Made by a program: the position numbers and the translations under genes. DNA of 64,000 bases from Octopus vulgaris (lineage: Eukaryota). The DNA is taken from assembly GCA_951406725.2 (NCBI GenBank), contig OX597820.1, positions 66,650,001 to 66,714,000 of the forward strand, read 5' to 3'. Every line of letters starts with the position of its first letter. Position 1 is the first letter of the stretch. Positions 53,196 through 64,000 of this stretch are shown here, piece by piece. Under the pieces are notes generated by a model. The model worked only from the letters and a program-made list of their open reading frames with translations. It had not been told where the DNA came from and did not search any database.

Positions 53196-53282
53196 AATGT
53201 CACCACCAACACAAATGAACAAGGGAACCTCTTCACAGTCTCTTGATCTGTAAGAAATAGCAGTCAAATCTTCATCATCCTT

Positions 53283-53565
53283 GTTCGTTTAATGTCCGCT
53301 TTCCATGCTAGCATGAGTTGGACGATTTGACTGAGGATTGGCGAACCAGAAGGCTGCACCAGGCTCCAATCTTGATCTGGCAGAGTTTCTACAGTTGGAT
53401 GCCCTTCCTAACGCCAACCACTCTGAGAGTGTAGTGGGTGCTTTTACGTGCCACCGGCACGAGGGCCAGTCGTGCGGCACTGGCAACGGCCATGCACAAA
53501 TGGTGCTTTTTATGTGCCACCAGCACAGGAGCCAGTCCAGTACTGGCAACAACCTTGTTCAAATG
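53283..53565 (-). mobile_element. Family C with two internal modules
   Basis: Collinear with 7515-7790. Confidence 0.88.
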
Positions 53566-53827
53566 TGTTAATCTCCCGTCTGGTTTTACACTCAGTATAC
53601 ATTATGTCGTACGTTTATTTACCATACATTTTTCATTTATTATATATATATATATATATTAAGACGGCGAGCTGGTAGAAACGTTAGCACACCGGGTGGG
53701 GTGGACGGATGGACAGATGGATACAAGAATAGGTAGATAGACAGAGAGACAGATAGATACAAAGGTAGGTAGAGATAGATAAACAGACAGATACATACAA
53801 AGGTAGGTAGGTAGGTAGGTAGGTAGG

Positions 53828-53859
<32 letters not shown>

Positions 53860-55026
53860 CAGAGTTAGCTATAATATTCAGCATGTAACAAACCAAGACT
53901 TAAACATCCCACCCCTTTCTCTCGCCTACCACACAACACTATATAAATTCTTCTCTCTTTTCTCGCCCTATTTTCTTCTTCTCTAACTCTTCCTCTCTCT
54001 TCTCTTCAAGTACCACTTGCTGTCATCTATTCCCTGGTTCCTTTCTATTTCACCATGCTTGTCCAATTTTTCGCCCCACTGCATATCACACTTGACTTAT
54101 ATCCTTTATTTCTACCTATCCATTCACTTCTGTCCACCTCTTCAACACCAACACCACCATCAGCATCAATAACCTATCCTCTCTTCCCCCTCCGCCTCCT
54201 CCTCCTCCTCCTCCTTCCTCCTCCTCCTCCTCCTTCCTCCTCCATTCCTTCTCTTATCCATCTTCCTTTTTTTTTATTTCATCCATCTCTTTATGCTATT
54301 ACACCTTTTCTCACCCCTCTCTCTTTCTGTATCTCTCTATCTCTCCTTTTACTCTTCTCTCGTTTTCTCTCCCTTACTTTCTATTACTCTCTCTCTCTCT
54401 GTCTCTCCCTCCCTCTCTCTCTGAATATTACTATCTGTGTTCATGCCTGTCTTTCTTTCTATTGCTTTGTGTTTATGTGTGTGTCTCTCTTTCTCTTACT
54501 GATTCTCTCTCTCTCTCACTCTCTTTCTCTCTTGCTGTGTATATATATCTCTCTCTTTCTCTTTTGCTTTGCATGTCTCCCTTTCTATTGCTGTATATGT
54601 TACTCCTCTTTCTCCGTGTACACCCTCTCTCTCCTTCTCTCCACTCTGATATTTGAGAATTAAATTAAAATTTCAAATAGCAATTTTACCAAACTTAAAA
54701 TCCTTTCATTTAAGTGAAAACATTTAATAACGCCACCACTGCTACTGCTACTGTCTTTGTTTAACCCCACGTCAGCTGTAATTAAGCAGACCTATGATCA
54801 CAGATAGTACCACCCATGACCATCCCAACTTTTTTCCAGATAGTGTATACAGGTCTACATTATACACTATTTTTGGCTCAGTGTGATTTTATGGTAATTT
54901 ACTTATTTCTAACATTGACACTGCAGTATAAGCTGTGATGATGATGACGACGATGATGATGATTATTATGGTGGTGATGTAACTAAAACTTTACTACCCA
55001 GTGGAGCCTCCTAGCAGACATATAAA

Positions 55027-55478
55027 TAAATACAAGGGAGATAATCATTTTTTTCATATGATTTGGTGGGATTGGAAGTTTAAATTTGAAATTAGCCATT
55101 TGGCACTTAAACTGGCCAGATCAGGCCAAAGATTCTACCAGTTTTATTTTCAAACTGGCCAGATCCAGCCTCTTGCACCTATCTAACAAGAGACTGATAA
55201 TACAAGGGAGATAATCATTTTTTCATAGTATTTGGTGGGATTGGAAGTTTAAATTCGAAATTAACCATTTAACACTTAAACTGGTCAGACCAGGCCAAAG
55301 ATTCTGTTTGCATTATGTTCAAACTGGCCAGATCCAGCTTTTTGCACATGCCCCACAATTTTATTCTAAAAATAATTTATCAAAATTTCAAAGCTACACG
55401 ATAATGCTTAATTAATTTATAAAATGTGAATAAATAAGTATTACCATTTTACAGAATAATCTGAATGTTACAGGGTTA
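55027..55478. mobile_element. piggyBac-type MITE with a ~170 bp tandem duplication of its left flank and left end
   Basis: aatacaagggagataatc...aaactggccagatccagc occurs twice; right end atctgaatgttacagggtta. Confidence 0.75.
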
Positions 55479-55769
55479 CGAAATAAAGAATTCCTTTTTC
55501 AAGGTAACGGTATTTGTCTTGAAGGAAGATCTCTCTCTCCTTCTCACACACACACACACACACAACTATAACTGGTACAGCTTCCACAATCCAGTGCAAT
55601 GAAGAAGTGCTTATGAATAAACAAGACCTATAACAAATAGTCAATCAATCTCTCTCTCAAATCAATCACCCTACTGCATCTTCAAGAACTGAAAGATGGC
55701 TGCTACTTCGAACAATGAAGTATCAGACACACAAAAGGAACAGAATAATTACTCTCACCCATTGTTTTC

Positions 55770-56205
55770 CAATAACAACATTGCACCCTTTTGAACTCAA
55801 TATTTCTATCAACTTTGGACATGCTCATAAAATATTAAAAAATGAAAAAGATAAAAGAAAACAGCGCAGTACCCCCACCCCCCACCCCGACTTTCGGAAA
55901 CATACTTTCATTCTCAGAATTGAAGCTTGGAATAAACAATCCAAGCTGATTGTTAGCTGCCTCCTTCAAACATTCCATGCTTCCTGAATTTTACCAGCAG
56001 TATTCCAGATATGACTCTGCACCTACTCCCCTTTATCTCCCTTTTATTGTTCACTCTCCTGTCTTTTTATTCTCTGCACTGTCTGTGCGCCTTAACTCCC
56101 ATTGCTGTCCTTCCTTTACTTGACTTGTTGCTGATTTCTATCTCCTTTTTTTTTTTTACCCTTTTTCCAAGAGTGGTAGTGTACCTAAGCACGCTATACA
56201 AGAAG
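55770..56205 (+). mobile_element. Old CR1-clade LINE 3' end
   Basis: Translates PFELNISINFGHAHKI...DFRKHTFILRIEAWNK; 3' terminal gtagtgtacctaagcac resembles the CR1 tail at 20195-20225. Confidence 0.65.
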
Positions 56206-56222
56206 CACATTAATATTATTAT

Positions 56223-56650
56223 TGAGCTGGCAGACACGTTAGCACAGCGAGCAAAATCCTTAGCGGTATTTTGTCTGTCTTCGTGTTCTGAGTTCAAATT
56301 CCGCTGAAGTCGACTTTGCCTTTAATCCTTTTGGGGTCAATAAATTAAGTACAAATTACGTACTGGGTTCGATCTAACCAGCTGGTCTCCTCCCCCAAAA
56401 TTTCAGGCCTTGTGCCTAGAGTAGAAAAGAAACGTTAGCACGCTGGGTGAAATGCTTATTGGTATTTCATCTGCAGTTATGTTCTGTGTTCAAATTACAC
56501 CGAGGTTGACTTTGCCGTTCATCATTTCGGGGTCAGTTAAATAAGTACCAGTTGCACTGGGGATGATGTAATTAACTTAATCCCTTTGTCTGTCCTTAAT
56601 TGTCCCCACTATGTTTAGCCACCCCGCCCTCATGGGCAATAAAGAAATAA
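56223..56650 (+). mobile_element. Head-to-tail SINE B dimer (two different tails)
   Basis: First unit ends gcctagagtagaaaag, second ends tgggcaataaagaaat. Confidence 0.85.
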
Positions 56651-56655
56651 ATATG

Positions 56656-56963
56656 ATTATTATTATTATTTTATGTTTGACTTTTGCTTTACATTTGTAT
56701 AAGTTGGTTCCAAGTCTCACCCAGAGACATCAAGAGACAACAAGTTGGAAGTTCATGTTGGTGTTATGCCTAGGGTGGTTTTGTACGTAATGTTGTTCCA
56801 GAGAATGTTTAAGAAACCATAAGAAAATTATGTTTTTTTTTTAAACTTGAGATTACATAGAAGGTATTTTGCATAGGATATGGGCAGTTTCCGTGAGCAC
56901 TATCTTTTGAATTTCTGCCATTTTGGGGTTTCCTGGTATCTGAGCTAGGCAGCAATCAGCCCC
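56656..56963 (-). mobile_element. R4/Dong-clade RLE retrotransposon 3' end with (TAA)n tail
   Basis: 56963-56853 translates GADCCLAQIPGNPKMAEIQKIVLTETAHILCKIPSM*, matching the IPG...EIQK..L.GTAHILR C-terminus of R4/Dong ORFs; 3' UTR ends in TAA repeats. Confidence 0.8.
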
Positions 56964-57001
56964 TTATTATCATCATCACCATCATCATCATCATTATTAT
57001 T

Positions 57002-57450
57002 AGGGCTGTGAGTTAGTAGAATTGTTAGCACTCTGGCCAAAATTCTTAGCAGCAGTTCATCCGACCTTACGTTCCTAAGTTCAAATTCTGCTGAGGTCGA
57101 CTTTGCCTTCCAGGGTGAGCAGCAATAAAATAAGTACCAGTCAAAACACTGGGGGTCGATATAATCGAATATTTCCATCCCCCCCACCACATTTCAGGCC
57201 TTGTGCCTTTAGTAGAAAGGATTATTATTAAGGTAGCAAGCTGGTAGAATCATTAGCATGCCAGACAAAATACTTAGTGCTATTTCACCTATCGCTACGT
57301 GCTGAGTTCAAATCTTGCCAAGGTTGATTTTCCTTTCATCCTTTTGGGGTCAAAAAATTAAGTACCAGTGAAACACTGGGAGCAATGTATTCAACTAGAC
57401 CTCTGCCCCAAAATTTCAGGCCTTGTGCCTTTAGTAGAAAGGATTATTAT
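57002..57450 (+). mobile_element. Head-to-tail SINE B dimer
   Basis: Both units end tttcaggccttgtgcctttagtagaaaggattattatt. Confidence 0.85.
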
Positions 57451-57596
57451 TATCGTTAAGGTTTGTACCTTAGGGGCCAGGATAATCCTGGATCTGTGGG
57501 ATTTCCTTAATTGGCCCTTCTTAGGGTTTCTCCCGTATCAGGAGGACTGCCCCATCCGTGTTATCGCATACTTTGTATACTGTCTTTTATCTCTTC

Positions 57597-58040
57597 TTCT
57601 CTTACTTGCTTCAGTCATTAGACTGGCCATGCTGGGGCACCACCTTAGAGAAATTTTTTTTTTTTAAAGCTTGGTACTTATTTTACTGGTCTCTTTTCCT
57701 GAACTATTAAGTTACAGGGATTCAAACACAGCAACACTAGTTGTCAAGTAATAGGGGGAAACAAATACAAAGACACACACACGTGTGTGTGTGGGTGGGT
57801 GTCTGTCTGCAAACACAGCAAAACTGGTTGTCAAGTGATGTGGGGAAACAAATACAAAGACACACACAGACACACATACACACATACACATACAATGGGT
57901 TTCTTTCATTTTCTGTTTCCCAGATCCACTCACAAGGCTTTGGTCAGACCATAGCTATAGTAGAAGACGCTTGCCCAACGTGCCACACAGTGGGACTGAA
58001 CCCGGAACCATGTGGTTGAGAAGCAAGCTTCTTACCACAT
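57597..58040 (-). mobile_element. SINE family A with internal duplication
   Basis: aaacacagcaa...gttgtcaagt...ggggaaacaaatacaaagacacac occurs twice. Confidence 0.85.
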
Positions 58041-58454
58041 AGTCGCGCCCGCAGCTCTGGCCTTGGTGTCTTTTTCCGTTTCTTCCTCCTCGTCCTTTAT
58101 GTAAATCACTGCACAAATTGTTTCCTGTCCTTGAGGTATCCCCCTCGTCTAGGCCCCTGTGGCTAATAAAAGAAATCATTATTACCATTGTTATCAACTT
58201 CATTGCCACCGGCCTCATCATCATCATCATCTGTATGATTATCACCTGCTGTCTTAAATTATTCCATTCCAGCCTCTATAGATTGCTAATTCAATTTATC
58301 AACCTATCTAAGAAACCCAGTAATGTTCTCTCAATTAATTCCATTCAACACAGCAGTATCAGAGAATGGCCAGCCACATTTTTTTTTCTCCAATTTTTTT
58401 TTTTTGGTTTTTTTTTCTGTCTTTCAAATAAATAGTTTGTTTCTTTACATTCAT

Positions 58455-58484
58455 ACTTATACACAGACTCACGCACACACACAT

Positions 58485-58537
<53 letters not shown>

Positions 58538-58935
58538 GTCACATACACACATACATATACACACAGGCACATACACATACAGGCACACATGTATTCATAC
58601 ATACGTACATATACACACAGGCACATACATACACACACATGCACATACACACATACATATACACACAGGCACATACATACACACACATGCACATACACAC
58701 ATACATATACACACAGGCACATACATATACACATAGACACATAGGGACACACATGCACACACGTATTCATATACACATACATATACACACCATGCACACA
58801 TGTATTCATACACACATGCATATATACACAGGCACATATGCACACACAGATTCACAGTCACATACAAACATACACATATACACGCACACTTATACATATA
58901 CGCACACACACATAAACACACATACACATGCACAT
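58455..58935. repeat. (CA/TA)n tract with a 48 bp higher-order unit
   Basis: acacaggcacatacatacacacacatgcacatac repeated. Confidence 0.9.
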
Positions 58936-59825
58936 GTCTCTCCCTCCCTCCCTCCTTCTCTCTCTCTCTCTCTCTCTCTCTGCAAATATATGTGAGTGTG
59001 TGTACTCGTGTGTGTGTGGTGTTGGTGGTGGGTGGGGTGCAAGGTTTGTTCCTGAAGTGTCATTATGTAGAAAATTGAAACGGTACTGTTTGACTGGTGT
59101 GTTTTGTTGGTGATGGATGAAAGGAAATTTGTAAGCAAAAGTAGAGAATTAGTTAACTTTAGCCAACAATCCTTGTCCTTCTAAGAAAAAGGAAAAAAAA
59201 ACAAAAAAGAAAAAAAAAAGAAAAAAAGAAATCCTGTAGTATAAGGTGTGAGATAAGATCTAAACACATAACAAAAGGAGGGCCCCCCCCATCACACCCT
59301 TATTGAAATTAAAATCTCCTTAGGGGAGAATAGCCATGTTTTAGTGGTGGCGAGGGTAGGAGCGGCGGCATTTGTAGTGATGTTGGTTTTACTATTCATT
59401 GTAAGCTATCTATCAGTCAAACTTGGATTAGAGAATTCGTTTAGCTAATTTAGCAGTAACACTAGTAAGGCTTAAATTGTTGCTATTGTTGTTGGGTTTT
59501 TTTTATATGTCGTTGTTACAGTATGATAAATTATTATTTCAGTACGTATGATAAATCTTATCCTTAATTTTTTTTTATTTTGTTTTATTCTGGTAGGTCT
59601 TTTGCTGTTATTTGGGATTTTAATTTTTACTTTACCTATATATGTACATCACCATCATCATCATCATCATTGTTTAATGCCTGTTTTCCATGCTGGTATG
59701 GGTTGGATGGTTTGACTAAGGTCTGGAGAGCCAGCGGCTCTTGTTTGACTAAACCCTTTAAAGCAGTGCCCCAGCGTGGCCACAGGCTAATAACTTAAAC
59801 AAATAAAATATACAAGGTTTATTAT

Positions 59826-59980
59826 GGTGGCTGTTTGGTAAGTAGCTTCCTTACCAACCACATGATTCCTGGTTCAGTCCCACTACATGGTACCTTGGGC
59901 AAGTGTCTTCTACTATAATCTCAGGCTGACCAAAGCCTTGTGAGTGGATTTGGTAGATGGAAACTGAAAGAAGCTCATTG

Positions 59981-60032
<52 letters not shown>

Positions 60033-60226
60033 TACTTGTCCCCCCACCATCGCTTGACAGCCAATGTTAATGTGTATACATCTCTGTAACTTAGCAGTAT
60101 GGCCAAAGTGACTGGTGGAATAAGTACTAGGCATACAAAGAATAAGTCCTGGGGTCAATTTGCTCGACTAAAGGCAGTACTCCAGCACGGCCACAGTCAA
60201 ATGACTGAAACAAGTAAAAGAAAAAG
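59826..60226 (+). mobile_element. SINE family A, full length
   Basis: Head, CORE-like motif, (TA)(TG)n and tail all present. Confidence 0.9.
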
Positions 60227-60331
60227 AATTGAATATTTATGTTGCATGCATGTGTGCATCCATACGCGCGTGAGTAGAATAAATCTGCAATGTCCACAGA
60301 TATGGTGTATAAATGCATTCTTAATAAAACG

Positions 60332-60549
60332 TTTCTACTCTGCACTAGGCAGAAGGCCTGAAATTTTGCGGGAAGGGGCCAGTCGATTAGATCAACCCTA
60401 GCACGCAACTGGTACTTAATTTATCGACCCCAAAAGAATGAAAGGCAAAGTTGACCTCAGTAGAATTTGAACTCAGAACGTAAAGACAGACGAAATACCG
60501 CTAAGCATTTTGCCCAGTGTGCTAACATTTTCTGCCAGCTCACTGCCTA
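60332..60549 (-). mobile_element. SINE family B, full length
   Basis: AGGCAGTGAGCTGGCAGAA head through GCCTAGTGCAGAGTAGAAA tail. Confidence 0.9.
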
Positions 60550-61177
60550 AATGTCATTTGAGGTTCCAATAAACAAGATAAAATTGAAACATAAATGAAG
60601 ATGAAATTGGAGTGAATAATGGGTAGATCTAGTTGGATATAGTTAAGGTTAGGGTATCAAAAGGTTAGTGTATTAAATGAACGAACTACCTACTGTTCCA
60701 GGGCTTAACTAACCATAATGAGAAATGTTCTCGGGGTATATTGACTGACCCTTAACCAAAATACTGTGGGTGATAGTGGATGGGTGAATGGGGAGTGAAG
60801 AATTTTCCTGCTAATCTTGGCAAATTAACAGAATCATTGCAAAATCTTTAGCAACTTGGGAACGAAGAATTTTGTGATGTGTTGAGGCTTTAACCATTTT
60901 GTGTGTGCGTATGTGTGTTTTGAATAGCCTGGGTGTTGGGTCAGGTATTCACTCTCTCTCTCTCTCTCTCTCTCTCTTCCCTCCTATGTGTGATGTGCGG
61001 CTGTGTGCACCTCTTTCTGTCTCTCTCTCTCTGTCTCTCTCCCCAATTAGACAACGAAGGGCTCCCTGTCCCCTCTCTCTCCCCCCTTTTTTCTCCCAGA
61101 AGGGAAGTTGATGTCAATTGCAGATGTTTTGCTTTTTTGAACTGTTGAAAGTTTACTGAGGTATAATAATAACAATA

Positions 61178-61224
<47 letters not shown>

Positions 61225-61296
61225 TAATAATAATACTGAAAAGTGGGCTTATCAGAGAAGTCAGTCACATACTTAGCTTCTCTCTATTTCCAACCC

Positions 61297-61332
<36 letters not shown>

Positions 61333-61694
61333 TGTGTGTACAAGCTAGTTTGATTAAAAGCAAAAGAGACAAGAGGGTGATTTTGTGTTAATAAGCAGGG
61401 CATTCTGGAGCTGTGTTAGAATGTCTTCAAGAATGTTGGAGATGATTAGCGCCATTATAGGTAGACATTACTCCAAATTGCTATTTAGAATAACATAAAG
61501 CAAGGCATACATACACAGACACATCTCTCTTTCCCCCCTCTCTCTTTCTCTCTCTGTCTCTCTCTCTCTCTATATATATATATGTACATACACATGTATA
61601 TATGTATATACACAATGTATGCATGCTCACTAGAAAATTTAGATACACACATAAACACATAATTATCAACATTGCCATGCATACACTCCACTGA

Positions 61695-62080
61695 CTATAT
61701 ATGTGTGTGTATGTACATATGAGTATGTATATATATATATATGTGTGTGTGCGTTTGTATGCATATATGTGCATGTACAGTTATGTATGTATGTATATAA
61801 ATATATGTCTATATATGTGTGTGTGTATATATATTTGAGTATGTGTGTATATATATATATATATACATACATTTGGGGTATGTGTGTATGCATATATGTG
61901 CATGTATAGATATGTATGTATGTATGTATATAAATATGTATGTCTATATGTGTGTGTATATGTATTTATGAGTATGTGTATATATATATATATACACATA
62001 CATGTGGGGTGTGTGTATGCATATATGTGCATGTATAGATATGTATGTATATATATATAAATATATATGTCTATGTGTAT
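61695..62080. repeat. TA/TG tract with a ~130-140 bp higher-order unit
   Basis: tatgcatatatgtgcatgta recurs at about 61758, 61887 and 62016. Confidence 0.9.
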
Positions 62081-63295
62081 GTGATACTATCTTGAAAAAG
62101 GACATGTGGGATAACGTCTTCAGTTCATGCTCACAGAGGAAAAAATATAAGGTGGTAGCCATGGTTGGGATGCTTTCATTCATAGGTATTTGCTCATTCA
62201 GAGTTGACCTGGGGCTAACTAACATTCACAACTATACATACATCTACATATATACATAAATTTGCCTACACATAGGCACAAACACAGCTTCATTTATATA
62301 CATCCATATGCAAAGACACACAAACACTCAACTGAGTCCCATACATACATACATACATACATACACCTCTGCACCTGAGCTTTATACATACACAAACATC
62401 TGAGCTATATACATACACACATACATAAAATATACTTATATACATACATAGATACATATGTTCATACATACACGCTCTACTATATAAGGTAAGGTTTAGT
62501 ATGTCTCTTTCTTTCTATCCCTCTCTCTCTATGTATCTCTCTTTTTCTTTCCTTCTCTCCCCCTCTCTCTTATTAGTAGCAAGGGGAAACCCTGTCTATG
62601 ATGAAGCAGTGGGGGTGGAGGAACTGAAGGAATGGTGGTGGAGGAGGAGGAGGTGGCGGCTGTCATGATGGTGGTGATGATGATGGTGGTGGTGATGATG
62701 GTGGTGGCTTTAGGCTGCATGGCAGGTTATTAAAGCATTTGAGTTGTTACCCTGATCTAGGGAGTACTGTCACTGTGGAATGCTGGGTAATTACAGTGTC
62801 CTGTCAATGTTGTTGTTTCAGTTTTAGCTCACCATAACCCCATACACCCCCCACTCCAATCCTAGTCTCCCTTCATCCCCATCTCCTCTCTTCCTCTCTT
62901 CCTCCCTCCTTACTCTCTCTTTAACAACACTCCCTCTCCTGTAATAATAATAATACCCAGAACTTCTTCAGCAACCCCCACCTACACCACTGCTGCAAAT
63001 GTTACCTGAATCTTCTTTTATGTTCAGAAATTACAGCCCCCCTCCACCTCCAACTCCGACCCCCATCTCGTCCTCTTCCTCCTCCATGTACCTTCTCCCC
63101 TTTCTTTGTCTCCCTGTCTCTTTCTGTCTCCTCATTGACTTTCTCCTCCTCTTTTTCTCTGACTTTACCTCTGCCATCTCTCTCACTCTCTCCTTTTCTC
63201 TCTCTCTCTCCCTCCCACCCACAAACTAACACAGTTTAGTCATTTTGTATTTTGTATTCCACTACTACTACTATTACTACTATCAACTATTACTG

Positions 63296-63327
<32 letters not shown>

Positions 63328-63554
63328 GCTACTACCACTACTACTACCACCACTGCTGCTGCTGTGACTATTACATGCTTGGCCTTCACTGAAAAGCCAT
63401 TACACATCACCAACCTACAAAGGGGACACTTTGTGGTCACTCAGTCTGCTGGAAAGAGCAACCAAATTTCCATCACATTAGATTGAACAAACCTTCTTAA
63501 AACCGGTCACACACAGTAAGGTGATGTGCTATAAAACAGGATTAAAAAAGGATA

Positions 63555-63775
63555 ACGACCCTCCTTGAGTCCTATAGCCTCACTCATAAGACCATGTTCC
63601 TAGGTTTTGTGATGTGTATATTAACCCTGGATGGGATGACAGTCTATTGTAGGACTACTCATTTTTTCCAGCTGAGTGAACTGGAGCAATGTGAAATAAA
63701 CGCATTGCCCAGTCCAAGAATTGAAACCAGAATATAATGATCATGAGTGAAACACACTTACTACTGAACTCTGCA
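63555..63775 (-). mobile_element. SINE family D with a third tail type
   Basis: ccagctgagtgaactggagcaatgtgaaataaa core joined to ccctggatgggatgacagtc. Confidence 0.65.
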
Positions 63776-63844
63776 CTGCTATGTGATAAAATTGAGTAAA
63801 AGGTGAAAGGTAAAGGATAAAGACCCACCCCTTTCATTTGTAAA

Positions 63845-64000
63845 TGACCATAGGACTGGGCCTAGAAAGTTACTCTCTGAGGCACAAGTCCAGGCTAGGT
63901 TGTTTATGGAAGACCAGCAGTCACCCTTGCATTCCAAGCCTACCTTCTCCATGACACTGATGTTATCCGAGGGAAAAAGGCAAATGCCAACACAGCTTGG
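63845..64000 (-). mobile_element. SINE family D 3' part (runs off the window)
   Basis: Matches 26005-26160. Confidence 0.8.

Overview
AT-rich, repeat-dense non-coding animal DNA. The repeat landscape (tRNA-headed SINEs with CORE-like and Meta-like modules, very dense TA/CA/GATA/CAT microsatellites) looks like an octopus or other coleoid cephalopod genome; this is an inference. I cannot support any host protein-coding gene, and almost every ORF in the track is a microsatellite or SINE artefact. Real coding remnants are all 3' ends of non-LTR retrotransposons: RTE/BovB-like (13497-13903), CR1-like (20163-20453, 46093-46276, 55770-56205) and RLE R4/Dong-like (35762-36410, 56656-56963). The window also holds at least five dispersed short retroposon families (my labels A-E), a TTAA piggyBac-type MITE and a hAT/Charlie-type MITE. 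Most notable: (1) a well-formed minimal type I hammerhead ribozyme at 16256-16313, with further Penelope-type hammerhead variants; (2) an orphan, CpG-decayed 5.8S rRNA pseudogene at 25399-25543 (-) directly upstream of a tRNA-SINE; (3) a repeated hairpin/pseudoknot module with a compensatory change in family C; (4) nearby inverted SINE pairs (possible A-to-I editing substrates); (5) short unique islands that resemble enhancers. Repeat boundaries were placed by eye and are approximate.
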